A stretch of DNA of 64,000 bases from Octopus sinensis. Taxonomy: Eukaryota. Every line of letters begins with the position of its first letter. Position 1 is the first letter of the stretch. A program made the translations under genes and the position numbers. Below are positions 38,177-50,831 of this stretch, one piece after another. The notes under the pieces are model-generated. The model ran no database searches and was not told the origin of the DNA. It saw only the letters and a program-made list of their open reading frames with translations. The DNA is taken from positions 55,986,001 to 56,050,000 of the forward strand of contig NC_043002.1 in NCBI RefSeq assembly GCF_006345805.1, given 5' to 3'.

Positions 38177-40146
38177 TGGGTTCGTGCCAGGGAAAAGTAC
38201 TACTGATGCTATATTCCTGGTAAGACAGCTGCAGGAGAAATACCTAGCCAAAGATAGGCCCCTGTACCTGGCTTTTGTTGACATGGAGAAAGCCTTCGAC
38301 AGGGTCCTCCGATCCCTTATCTGGTGGTCAATGAGGAAACTAGGGATAGATGAATGGTTAGTTAGAGCTGTGCAAGCCATGTACAGAGACGCTGCTAGTA
38401 AGGTGAGGGTTGGCAATGAGTACAGTGAAGAATTCCGGGTAGAGGTTGGGATCCACCAAGGTTCAGTCCTCAGTCCCCTCCTATTTATCATAGTCCTCCA
38501 GGCAATAACAGAGGAATTCAAGACAGGATGCCCCTGGGAGCTCCCCTATGCTGATGACCTTGCTCTAATTGCGGAGTCACTATCAGAACTGGAGGAGAAG
38601 TTTCAGGTGTGGAAGCAAGGTTTAGAATCGAAGGGCCTTAGAATCAATCTAGCCAAAACCTAAGTCCTAATAAGTAGGAAAGTAGACAAGTCACAAACGC
38701 CTTCAGGTAGATGGCCCTGCTTGATCTGTAAAAAAGGTGTAGGTAGAAACACTATAAGGTGCACCAAGTGCAAGCTATGGACACATAAGAGGTGTAGCAA
38801 TGTCAAAGGAAGGCTAACTAGGAAAATAGTTTTTGTCTGTGGCAGATGCTCAGGACCAATAAACACTGAAAATGTGCAGAGACCAACTTCTACCACGTTC
38901 CAGGGAGAAAAACTAGAAGTAGTTGATAGCTTCCGCTACCTAGGTGACCAAGTCAGTAGTGGGGGTGGGTGTGCTGAAAGTGTAACTGCTAGAGTAAGAA
39001 TAGCCTGGGCAAAGTTTAGAGAGCTCTTACCCCTACTGGTGACAAAAGGCCTCTCGCTCAGAGTAAAAGGCAGACTGTATGATGCATGTGTACGTACAGC
39101 CTTGCTACATGGTAGTGAAACATGGGCTGTGACTGCTGAGGATATGCGTAAGCTCGCAAGAAATGAAGCCAGTATGCTCCGATGGATGTGTAATGTCAGT
39201 GTTCATAATCAACAGAGTGTAAGTACCTTGAGAGAAAAGTTGGACCTAAGAAGCATCAGTTGTGGTGTGCAAGAGAGACGTCTGCGCTGGTATGGGCATG
39301 TGACGAGAATGGGTGAAGATAGTTGTGTGCAAAAGTGCCACACCCTAGCAGTTGAGGGAACCTGAGGAAGAGGTAGACCCAGGAAAACCTGGGACGAGGT
39401 GGTGAAGCGTGACCTTCGAACTTTAGGTCTCACCAAGGAAATGACTAGAGACCGAGACCTATTGAAGTATGCTGTGTGTGAGAAGACCCGGCAAGACCAG
39501 TGAGAACAGTCAAAATCAAAATCAAAATCAAACCAAATCAAATCAGATATCAGAGAGCAGAACCAAAATTGAGGCCGATCAACATCAGTGGAAATTGCAG
39601 CTGTGGTTAAGCGAACCATCCAATCGTTGTCGGCGCTGCCCCGTCTGGCCTCCGTGCCGGTGGCACGTAAAAGCACCATCCGTTCGTGTCCGCTGCCAGC
39701 CTCGCCTGGCCCCCGTGCCGGTGGCACGTAAAAGCACCATCCATTTGTGTCTGTTGGCAGCCTCGCCTGGCCCCCGTGCCAGTGGCACGTAAAAGCTCCA
39801 TCCGCTAGTGTACGGTGCCAGCCTCGCCTGGCCCCCGTGCCAGTAGCACGTAAAAGCACCATCCGTTCATGTCTGTTGTCAGCCTCGCCTGGCCCCCGTG
39901 CCGGTGGCACGTAAAAGCACCATCCGTTCATGGCCGTTTGCTAGCTCTGTCTGGCACCTGTGCAGGTGGCACGTAAAAAGTACCCACTACACTCACGGAG
40001 TGGTTGGCGTTAGGAAGGGCATCCAGCCGTAGAAACACTGCCAGATCTGACTGGGCCTGATGAAGCCTTCCGGCTTCACAGACCCCAGTTGAACCGTCCA
40101 ACCCATGCTAGCATGGAAAACGGACACTAAATGATGATGATGATGA
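38175..40146 (+). mobile_element. 5'-truncated RTE-type LINE (RT C-terminal part, PHD-like finger, 3' UTR, (GAT)n tail)
   Basis: FGFVPGKSTTDAIF, AFVDMEKAFDRV, QGSVLSP, YADD, LLHGSETW, RLRWYGHV, GRGRPRKTW; premature stops at 38661 and 39363; inserted into (ATT)n. Confidence 0.93.
39632..39980 (+). repeat. 61-bp tandem repeat, about 6 copies, inside the RTE 3' UTR
   Basis: GT(G/A)GCACGTAAAA recurs at 39660, 39721, 39782, 39843, 39904 and 39966. Confidence 0.9.
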
Positions 40147-40263
40147 TTCAGATCACTGCCTGGAATCAAACTCGGAATCTTGGGGTTAGTAGCTCGCACT
40201 CTTAACCTCCACGCCATTGAAAAATACCTTAGGAATGATAACCCAGGCTCGAAATTTCCCCAA

Positions 40264-40309
40264 GACACCTGATGAAGGCTGGAGAGTACATCAGCCAAAA
40301 CGTTGTGTC
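40264..40309 (+). ncRNA. Minimal type I hammerhead motif with G12-to-A core substitution
   Basis: GACAC-CTGATGA-A-GGCTG-gagagtacat-CAGCC-AAAA-CG-TT-GTGTC; AAAA replaces GAAA, so it is probably inactive. Confidence 0.6.
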
Positions 40310-40870
40310 AACAACAAACAAGATGAGGACAAATATCGTGAAATGTAAATAATGTAAATAATATCACCTGCAAGTTCACAAAACTTTACACACACACACA
40401 CACAAATGCTTGTTTTTATGTCACCTTACAATTAAAAAACCAACATTAAATGTGAAGAGATTACTCAATACTTTTTTTGTAGAATTCATTATTATACTTT
40501 TGCAAGGAATTTTTGACCTGCTTCCTCTTTGAACTAACTGACTGTCCAACAAAAGCTAGCAGGCCAGAACTTCTAAATCATTGACCACCTGCTTCTTGTA
40601 AAAGCATATAACACATAAATAAATATAACATATACACCAATGCGCTGTTGAGCACTCATTGTTTGACATTTATGTACATGTAATATATACATATTTGGGA
40701 GCCAATCTGATGCTCATATCCACCTCGGATATCTGCTGGAAGAAGTCTCCCATAAATGAAAAGCAGTAGAGTGTGAGGACAAGTTTGGTAGTGCTAAGAT
40801 AGAGAGTAGAGTGGTGCTTGAGAAAATATTGTGAAGCAAGAAGGCCATTATGAAGAAAGATGGTGTAGAG

Positions 40871-41182
40871 TAGAGGTTTTCAAACTTTCTGGGCCACCAT
40901 TCCCCTCATGGCCACATAATACCCTCAGCACCCCCACCTCTATTTTCATGTATAAATAAATATTTTATATTTTACTAACTTATATATACCATGAATCATT
41001 TGATATTTAATATATTATATAATTTATATACAATACTATAATATTGTAATAAATTCATAGCATCCCTAATCCACTGCCTTCCTCCCAACGCCCCCTTTTT
41101 TTTCTACCATCCCTCCCCTGCACCCCCCCTTAGACACCAGCACACCGGGGGGGGGGGGCGTCGCCCACTTTGAGAACCAATG
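40871..41182. mobile_element. hAT-type MITE
   Basis: TIRs tagaggttttcaaa / tttgagaaccaatg; 8-bp TSD GTGTAGAG at 40863-40870 and 41183-41190. Confidence 0.85.
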
Positions 41183-42427
41183 GTGTAGAGGAACACAAAA
41201 TCTAAAGTGAATAAGAGTCAGAAAGGGTTAAGGGAAAGGAGAAGCTGAAGAGACAGCAAGTATGGATGGTGCCGACATATGGGAGGGAGGAAGGAAGGAA
41301 AGGGAGCAATTGGGGGATAGAAGATGAGGTCAAGGTATCTTGGTACCTTAACCTCAGTTAAGTAATTGCAGATTGAAAGGTTTGGTCAAGGTTTGTCAGG
41401 TTTGTTTTGTGGGGGTAAATGAACTGGTGGACAGTAAAGGACATGAATTTTGATATTAAGGTGTGGGGTTAGAAAGCAGGAAGTGATAAAAGGCAGGTTG
41501 TGAAACTGTCAAAGCACGTTTAAAGTGCAATAGTTGGTACACCAAATGATTGTGATTCCACCCTTTTTTAAAAACGAGGCCATCTCAGGAGCAGCAGAGA
41601 TACAGGGTGCTGAGAGATCAATCTGGGTCATGTGAAGTTTCATAAGTACTTCCTTGAGTTTACTTTGCAATGACAAATATTGTCTAAGGTGATGAGCAAC
41701 TATGGGCCCAGGTCATACTTTTTAGTACAGGACTAAAACTTGATGTAGGAGTGCAAGAGGGCTATGAAGTGGGGGGGGGGCTACCAAGGAAAGAACATTC
41801 AGCTTCAGAGAATAAAGATAGAGGGTAAACAAAGAGCAAAATAGCCCATAGAATCTAATGGTAGTCTGGGAGAATTCCAAGAGGTAAGATAGAATTCAGT
41901 AGTATGGCTTTAAGAGAGAGGGTAGAATCCATTGTTGTGTAAGAGAAGAGAAAGGATTGATTGACTTAGTGACAATGAGAGGAAGAAGATACGGGTCCAA
42001 AATCAATGGTAAGAAATAGTAACAATTATTGAGAGATTGAGAAAGGAAAAGTGTTTATTATGTTTTAAGCATAAGCTCTTCTTCAGAAAGTTACAAAGAT
42101 AGAGCGAAAGGTATAGAGAAAGGAAGGAAAACAAATGATACAGGTTCGTAATTAATGACAAGAATAGCATGAACATAAAGTGTAAACGAGGTGCAATTAT
42201 CAGTTTACTACTCAATACACACACACACACACATATATATGCACAAATACACATACCTGTATGTATGTATTCAAAACAAGTTAATAACTCGGGACACACG
42301 GGGACACACATACATACAGAAAGAAATTACAACATTTTCAAAGATATCTGAAGCTTTTACAAATACAACAGGAAAAAAAAAACTAAAAAAAAACGAAGAT
42401 TTGTATCTGATAGTAGTAAATACATAC

Positions 42428-42468
42428 CACTTTATTTTTGACTTTGAGAGAGCAGCCACGGTACCAAA
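42428..42468 (-). CDS. DOCK3: DOCK3/4 exon (SH3): (I)WYRGCSLKVKNKV
   Basis: Acceptor cttttttgcag, donor GTG|gtatgt, 41 nt, phase 1-0, WYRG motif. Confidence 0.93.
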
Positions 42469-42845
42469 CTGCAAAAAAGAAAACAATGAAATATCTTAAT
42501 GCTTCATCAGTTACAGAAATTCTTGTGACAAAGTTTATCACTGTTCAAAACAGAAAAATAGCAGAAGATACAGTTAATTTTTCTAAATGCTGCTAAATAT
42601 TTAGCCTGACGTATTAATGATTCTGCCAGCTTGCCACCTTAATAATGATAATAATAATACTTTCTATCGGTCTGAAATTTTAGGGAAGGGGTTAAGTCAA
42701 TTACATTAACCCCAGTGTGAAACTGGTACTTATTTCATCAAACCCAAAAGGATGAAAGGCAAAGTGAACCCAGAACATAAAGACAGACGAGATGCTACTA
42801 AGCATTTTACCGGACGTGCTCACAACTCTGCCAGCTCACCGCCTT

Positions 42846-42864
42846 AATAATAATAATAATAATA

Positions 42865-42904
<40 letters not shown>

Positions 42905-42955
42905 TATTATTATTATTATTATTATTATTATCATTATTATTGTTATTATAATAAT
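42846..42955. repeat. (AAT)n immediately followed by (ATT)n
   Basis: Direct reading; the polarity switch is at about 42903. Confidence 0.92.
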
Positions 42956-45900
42956 TACTTCCTATTATAGGTAGGTCTGAAATGTTAAAGCAGAATGTTA
43001 GTTGGTTACACTGGCCCCAGTACTCAACCGGTACTTATTTTATTGACCCCACCACCACCAAAAAAAAAAAAAGAAGAAAGGAAGAATTTGAACTCAGAAT
43101 GTAAAGCTGGAAGAACTGCTGTTAAGCATTTTGTTCAGTGTGCTAATGGTTCAGAAGAGTTAATCTCATTAATAAAAAGTAGCCATTTTTGGATCAACTT
43201 GTAATGTGAACAAATATTATTACACCTGCCAATACATCATTTCTCTCCAGCTTCCACTTTTGGTGCTCATTTTTCACAGTTCCATGATGTCACACTGCAT
43301 ATACACGTTTCATATAACCTACTTTTCACATGGAGAATGAGAGAGAGAGAGAGAGAGAGAGAGTCAGAGATCTTTTGCTGCCAACAGAAACAACAGTTTC
43401 CTGAACTTCGTTCCTGGCGCTTACTCTGCCACTACCACCACCACTATAACCACCTCCGACTAGATCACCTTGGTAACCGAATGTAACAGTTGTTGGGTAC
43501 ATCACAAGAGTGTGGAGAATGCACATCTTGGGTGGGGGTTCTTTCTTTTTCTTTTAATCTATGACACCTTATTACCTACAGTCAAAAGATAACCTGGACA
43601 GAAACAAACCCAAGTGGCATAATTGAACAGTCTGGCAAAACAGATAATAATAACGATGATGATTTCAAAATTTGGCACAAGGCCACCAATTTCAGCCCCC
43701 AGTTCTCAACTCATACTTATTTTATTGACCCTGGAAGGATGAAAGGCAAAGTCAACCTCGGTGGAATTTGAGCTCAGAATGTGTAGACAGATGAAATGCT
43801 GCTGAGCATTCTGCCCAGCATTCTAACAATTCTTCCTTTCCGATGCCTTAATAATAAGAATTTGGCTCCTTTATAGGCAAAGATGTGAAATTCAGGAAGA
43901 GGGGATTAGTTGACTACATCAATGATTATATATTCTATTGCCCCAGGAGAATATGAAAGGCAAATTTTACTTCGGCATAACTTGAACTCAAAACGTACAG
44001 AAATGGGATAGTAGCACATAGTTTTCAGCACTAATACCATATTTACCAAACAAAGAAATGTGTGTGCTCGTCGTCTCACTTTATATCCACTATAAAAAGA
44101 AAACTACCTGCTTAGCATTCACAAATATACGTAAGCATTGTTTGTATTATTTTTGTAAGCCCCGATTCAAACACACAGTCAACATTTAACTGTCTGTTTT
44201 TGTTTGTTTTATTTTCCATATAACTTCCTAAGAGATCTAACAAGTTTTCTCTGATCAGCCAACATACAATTAATCTTATCTACAAAAATATTTGCATGAT
44301 TTTCTTTTTCTCTTTTTATTTGTACATATTAAAGACCCAAACGGAGCATTTATCTCCTCAATGCACCAAAAATGTCTCCTGACACATTTCTGTTAAAAAA
44401 AAAAAACAGCTGTAGAAGTCTATGGAATCAGTTCAAAACAAAAAGCAGAGAACATTCTTCCAGAAGATTCTCAACTGTGATGGTTAAAGCAAATTTAAAA
44501 CACACACACAAAACACCACTACAGTCATTGTTGTCATCATCCTCCTTGTTACATCCACATTTTATATGCACAAGCATGGCTATGTGGTTAAGAAGCTTGC
44601 CTCTCAACCATGGGATCTTGGGTTCAGTCCCACTGGGTGGCACCTTGGGCAAGTGTCTCCTACTTTAGCCCTGGGTCAACCAAAGTCTTGTGAGTGAATT
44701 TAGGGGGTGTCTACCTTTACCTTGATATCACATGATGTTTGTAAATTAGCATCACTGTCTTCAAGTGGGGTTGTTTCCAGTCATCCATGAAAAAAAAAAC
44801 ATGTCTGGCCAAGGGAAAATTTACCTTGCCAGGAAACAGGTGAGGGTTGGTGACAGGAAGGGCATCCAGCTGTAGAAAATTTGCCTCAACATGTTTTATC
44901 CAACCCATGCCATGCAAGCATGAAAAGTGGATGTTAAATGATGCTGATGAACATCTCATACCACATAGAGTCACTTGGTGCAATCTTTTGACACCTGAGC
45001 ACACAGAGCAACAAAAAAAGCTAATCTTTGCTGTTGTGTAGGTTATGGTTTTATGGCTAGAATCCTTACATCACACCAATCACTTTGAAATATAGCATGA
45101 CTAAAGAATGACCTTCACCCAGCAGTGTGTGTGGTGGGGTACATAAGAGTATCGCTTCAGAAGTTAAAAGCTTTGCTTTTCATTTATGGTTTCATGTTCA
45201 GTCCTACCACACAGCGCCTTGGGAGAGCGTCTTCTACTATAGCTCCAGGCTGACCAAAATCATGTGAAAGTGGGGTCCTTTTGTTTCCAGTCTTCTGCAA
45301 AACCATATCCAGCTATAGGGAAATGTTACCTTGCTTGAAAACGGTTGAAGTTTGGCAAGTTTGTCAAAAATCTCTCTCAGCAAATTCCAACAGCCCCATG
45401 CAAGAATGGGGGGGGGGGTGTTAAAACAGCAGCATTGGGTTAATGACAATCAGAAGACCAAACCAATCAAAGTAAACACCAAGACATAGGAACCCCTGTA
45501 AAATAGATAATAGGCACAGGTGTGGCTGTATGGTAAGAAATTTGCTACACAACCACATGGTTCCAGGTTCAGTCCTACTGTGTAACACCTTGGTCAAGTG
45601 TCTTTTACTATAGCCTCAGGCCAAGCGAAGCCTTGTGAGTGGATTTGGTAGAAACGGAAAGAAGCCCAGTGTGTGTGTTGTGTGTGTGTACCCTATCCCA
45701 CTACTGAACAACCAGTGTTGGTGTGTTTATGTTCCTGTAACTTAACAGTTTGGCAAGAGACTAATAAGCACTGGGGTTGATTTGTTCAACTAAAAGACAT
45801 TCAAGGCTGTGCCCCCAGCACAGCTGCACTGAAACAAGTAATAAAAAAAAAGAAAAGAAAAGAAGATAAGCATAAATATAAATTTTGTCTCTAAACATGA

Positions 45901-46769
45901 GGTTAATAATCCAAAAATTTGAAAATTTTTACTGCCATGAATGGCCTCTCCTAAAAGAAAGAGTCATTTTGGAAACTTTTTTAGTTCACATTTATTAGGA
46001 TTTCCGGTTATATGAACATGCAATAGTTTTGTTAATACATTAGCAAATAGCAATAGTTTGTGTGTATTGTGTATATATATATATATGTTTGCATACAAAA
46101 CAGGATGTTCTCTTTATGCATCAGCAAGTGACATAGTGCATATGTACACACATGTGTATGTATGTACACGTGTGTGTGTGTACAAAACATTATGCCATGT
46201 CATTTTGCAATTCTATGCATCACAATAAAAACCAACAAAGTTGTGTTTTCACAGAAAAGGTTTGAAAGAAAATATTTTAAACTACTTGTTTTCTTATAAA
46301 TTTCTTTACCTTGACACTTTAATTTGTGCTAGTTTATCATGTTTAATAATAACACATAGAGCCTCAAAAGCCAGTGTTGTGGTACCTAAAACAATCAGTG
46401 CATTTGGAACCATCTCAATGAGAGCAATACACTGGCATCAAAAACTGCAAAGACCAAACTTCATAGGAAATATTCAGTTGGCAGCAATACTCTAAGCATC
46501 AGGATGGAGCTGAGATGTGACATAGATTAATCAGAAGTTAAGATGATGATGATAATCCTTTCTACTAGAAGCACAAGGCCTCAAATTTGGGGGACGGGAT
46601 TAAGTTAATTACATCAACCCCCAGTGCATGACAGGTACTAATTTTATTGATCCAGTGGAACTTGAACTCAGAACATAACAGCAGATGAAATACCGTTAAG
46701 CATTTTGCCAGCATTCTAATGATTCTGCCAAACCGTCACCTTAATAATAATAATTATAATAATAAAAGA

Positions 46770-47235
46770 TGGGCTACAGCAAATATTCTGCTCAATACCA
46801 CAGATTCGCTTGTCAGTTGTTTGACTTTAACCAGATGAGCATGTCTCTTAGTGGCTAACAATATGTGTGTCTCTGATCACAAGCAGAAGTAGTGGGGGAA
46901 CATCATAGCCATGTGTTGACAAGAATTGCTTGCGGTTTAGACAATTCACCTCTAGAAATGTGTGTTTTGTTCAACATCCTTAAAGCAACCCTTATTCATG
47001 GGCCTTTTGAGCAGGATGGGCTACTCAACCTGAAGGCAATTCTTACTGGACCCCACTTGCAAGATAAACAGAAACAGATTATCTTGATATGAGATATGAG
47101 ATTACCATGTCGCAAACATAGGGCTGTGGTGCATGTGCCTGGTGCACTCTTGTCAGACGGGTAGTCATGATGGGTGTATTGGGCTTCGTATATTTGTACC
47201 CCAGTGTCACTTTGATGGCATGTATTAATAATAAT
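46770..47235 (+). mobile_element. Interspersed repeat flanked by (AAT)n at both ends (family F)
   Basis: Reverse-complement fragments at about 55870-56000 and 56690-56830. Confidence 0.7.
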
Positions 47236-47303
47236 GTACCAAATCCGTTGATTATGAAGTGTTTCTTAAACTTACAAAAATTCACAAAACAACTGAATCT
47301 TAC

Positions 47304-47399
47304 TTGGTTCATTTTTGCTGTAAACTTCCAGAATATGGACAGTGTCTCCAGTTGATAATGGTAAGCCATGTTTCACATCACCAGAAAAATTACAAACAG
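47304..47399 (-). CDS. DOCK3: DOCK3/4 exon (first SH3 exon): (A)VCNFSGDVKHGLPLSTGDTVHILEVYSKNEP
   Basis: Acceptor ttctatttgcag, donor CCAA|gtaag, 96 nt, phase 1-1. Confidence 0.93.
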
Positions 47400-49274
47400 C
47401 TGCAAATAGAAAAATAATTTCATGGTAATTCAACAAAAAACACAAATTCAAAGAAAAGTAACATGAAACAAACATAACATTCCATATTTGTTATATATAA
47501 GGAGAAAATAGATAAACAACCCTAACAAATAAACTGGTGCAAGTCTGGGAAGCAGGAAGTGATCTATGACAGACATTTCCAACTCATACCAACACAGAAA
47601 AGTGGGAAGTAAAGCACCATGATGATGACACCAACACCACCAATGAGGAATATATCAATCATTATCAGTATTCAATAAACAAGAGTTTTTACAAACTGGC
47701 AGAATAAATTCAATGATCATGTTTCTAACACAGAATATACACAGCTTTGTCTCAATCTTACATATTCTCATCAGTGATACTAAACATCTCCAAAACAATG
47801 ACAAAAGTGTTAAATACATGAAATGATACAAAAATGTTCACATGACCCCCCCCCCAAATCCCCCACCCACACACATGCATACACACAGCATGGCAAGAAA
47901 TACAAAGATGGACAGCTCTGTTCCAAATCACCATTTCACCAGAACCAATTCTGGAGAGACAACCAGGAAGTAAAACTAAAATAAACATGTGCAGGTGTGC
48001 CTATGTAGAAAGAAGCTTACTTCCCAACCATATGGCCTTGGATTCAAGTCTTACTACTATCGCCTCAGGCCAACCAAAGCCTTGAGTGGATTTGGCAGAT
48101 AGAAACTGAAAGAAGCCCATCATGTGTGTGTGCGTGTGAGTGTGTATGCATTTGTTTCCCACCACCACTTGACAACAGGTGTTGGTGTGCTTACATCCCC
48201 AGTTCAGGGTTTGATTAATTCAATTAAAAATTCAAGGCAGTGCCCAAGCATGGTCACAGTCTAATGACTAAAACAAGTAAAAAAAAAATGACTGTAAATG
48301 AAAGCACACTGTGTGAAAAACTTGTGAATTCACTATTAATCATGTAAAGAGATTGATGGGGAAAAAAACAATAATCGCATGATACATCTCTACAATTAAT
48401 AACAGAAATTGAGTTTTCATCCAATCTCAGCCTCCAGTGATTTTTTCTAACAATTCCTTATTTCTTTCATTCCATTTACAGTTTCTTTTGATAATTGCTT
48501 TATATTAATTTCTTTTGTTTTGCATCAATTTTCCTTCCTTGTTTCTCGACTACTTTTTATTCATTAAGAGAAACAGATTTGTTTCGTATTTATATTTTAC
48601 TGGTTTCAGCCAGAGGCCGAGGCCATGCTGTAGCACCACTGTTTAGTCTCTTTGGGTTTCTTTTCTATACTGTTTCTGGCGAAGTAGCAAGCTGGACAGC
48701 ACTGCTCTTCTTTGCACCTCCTGTCTTATGTCAATCTTTTGGGGGGGAATTTCAGAATAGCTATCGCTAATTTATGGAAAAGGGAAAGAGCAAAAGATTC
48801 CACTGCCACCTATAATGAATTTCTAGCTCTCTTCCTTCTCCATGAAGTTCTCCATGATAGCTATTTCAAAACACAAATTATTCTGGTTTTATTTGTTATT
48901 AATTAACAGATTGATTAATTATGACCTTGCCATATGCTTGGCTATGGTTTGGATATGATGTCAATTGTTTTGGATTTATCTGGATTATTGTTAATCCAAA
49001 TTTCGTAAAATCTGATGTTTGTGTGTGCTGTAAAGAAAGATAAATTTTGATTGCTTGAGCAGAACTCTTTTGCGACTCTTGAAGTCTCTTTCAAATTTCT
49101 TTAACAGACATAGTCACAGATGTGGTTGTGTGGTAAGAAGTTTCCCTCTCAACCTCATAGTCCCAGGTTCAATCCCATTGTGTGGAACCTTGGGCAAGCG
49201 TCTTCTACCATAGCCTCAGGCTAATCAAAGCCTTGTGAGTGGATTTGGCAGACAGGAACTGAAAGAAGCTTGTC

Positions 49275-49313
<39 letters not shown>

Positions 49314-49608
49314 TGTGTGTATGTGTGTTTGTTTTCTACAAAATAGTCATTACCTACAAAGAATGGTCATTACTATCCTATTGCTCTTGTCAACAAATTG
49401 CCTTCATGATGTCAGGACAAAGAGACATACCCACACACATACACACTGAGCTTCTCTCAGTTTCTGTCAACTAGATCCACTCAAAGTTTTTGGTTGGTCT
49501 GTGGCTATAATAGAAGACACTTGCCCAACGAGTTATGTGCAGTGAAACAGAACCCAAAACCATGTGGTCACAAAGCAAACCTAACCACAATCATGTCTAT
49601 ACTCACAA

Positions 49609-49653
<45 letters not shown>

Positions 49654-50369
49654 GACAGGCAGACAGACACCTGACACTGACTTAGAAACTATTGGCACTT
49701 ATGTAACATCTTGCTGAGAATAAATTCGTTTTTGTTCAAATGGCAGAATCAAAGACAGGAATCATCAAAATGGAAAGCAAAAGAACTAAAATCCAAGAAT
49801 TGAATGTCCAAAGGTGTCTGAGAAGTAAGTTTGTTTGCTTTGGTGTTTCATAAACAAACCATTCCGAATGAAAAGATGAAAAAAAAAAAAAACAATGAAA
49901 AAGAAAAATAGAAGACAAAGGAATAGCAATGTTTTCTTTGAGAAGTTTGGATGGCTGAGTTTAGAAAGGAAATTGTAAAAATGCATTGAAGAAACTGAGA
50001 TGGAAGTTGCTTGAACAAGAGGAATCTGGTTGGTAAGGTGATAAAAAAGGAAAATATATTTCACGTTCAATTGATCTGCACCCAATTCACTCAGTAACAA
50101 AATGTTTCATAGCTTTTGTTTTCTTTTTATTGGAAGGATTTTTTTTTAATATGTTCAGCAGAGAAAACAACATCAATTAATGGCAAACAGCAGCAGAGGG
50201 AATGATTGTAATAAAGCAAACCAGAAATAAATATATAAACGTGCTATTAATCTGAAAGGAAACAGTTGCTTTATCGAGTCTGAAAAATAAAGATGGCCTC
50301 TCTCTTTTCACACACACACACATCTCAATTTTTTGCTTTCACTTTTCCATTATCTACATGTCCTATCAC

Positions 50370-50403
<34 letters not shown>

Positions 50404-50422
50404 TATATATATATACATACAT

Positions 50423-50500
<78 letters not shown>

Positions 50501-50628
50501 TACATACATACACAACACACACACACACATATATATCAGACTGGGGCCTGGTGCAGCCTTCTGGCTTCCCAGATCCCAGTCGAACCGCCCAACCCATGCT
50601 AGCATGGAAAAAGGATGTTAAACAATGA

Positions 50629-50691
<63 letters not shown>

Positions 50692-50744
50692 ATAACATTA
50701 TTGGTGAATTGAAGCTGAACGCAGATTGAACAGAAATCGTTTTA

Positions 50745-50831
50745 TTTCATTCTACACGTGTTTCGAAAGGCACAAATTACCAAAATCCGATTGAATAATG
50801 GGACCATATTGTCTTTCTCATCAGGAAGAAA
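50745..50831 (-). ncRNA. Type I hammerhead ribozyme, identical inverted copy (DOCK-sense strand)
   Basis: Exact reverse complement of 51089-51175; CTGATGA at 50824-50818, GAAA at 50764-50761, predicted cut between 50753 and 50752. Confidence 0.8.

Larger units (their letters stand above)
37985..40360 (-). mobile_element. Composite insertion: tRNA-headed SINE with hammerhead-type tail, 5' inverted tail copy and a nested RTE; 13-bp TSD
   Basis: ATATCACCTGCAA at 37972-37984 and 40361-40373; tRNA-like head on minus 40217-40147 (A box-like TGGAGGTTAAG, B box-like GTTTGATTCC); tail on minus 38111-37985; inverted tail on plus 40215-40362. Confidence 0.75.

Noticed and set aside
39632-39980. CRISPR-like look (constant block plus variable segment)
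   Set aside because: The variable parts are clearly homologous to each other, the array lies in a LINE 3' UTR, the DNA is eukaryotic and there are no cas genes.
41230-42000. Purine-rich block resembling a decayed retroelement ORF on minus
   Set aside because: No diagnostic motif could be read with confidence.
43225-43270. Possible alternative first exon MSTKSGSWREMMYWQ
   Set aside because: Weak donor (gtgtaa) and wrong phase for the next exon.
46310-46385. Possible 76-nt exon (ttttag|GTACC...AAG|gtaaag), open in phase 1-2
   Set aside because: Weak pyrimidine tract and no homology; it would preserve frame only by replacing two SH3 exons. Worth a glance in RNA-seq only.
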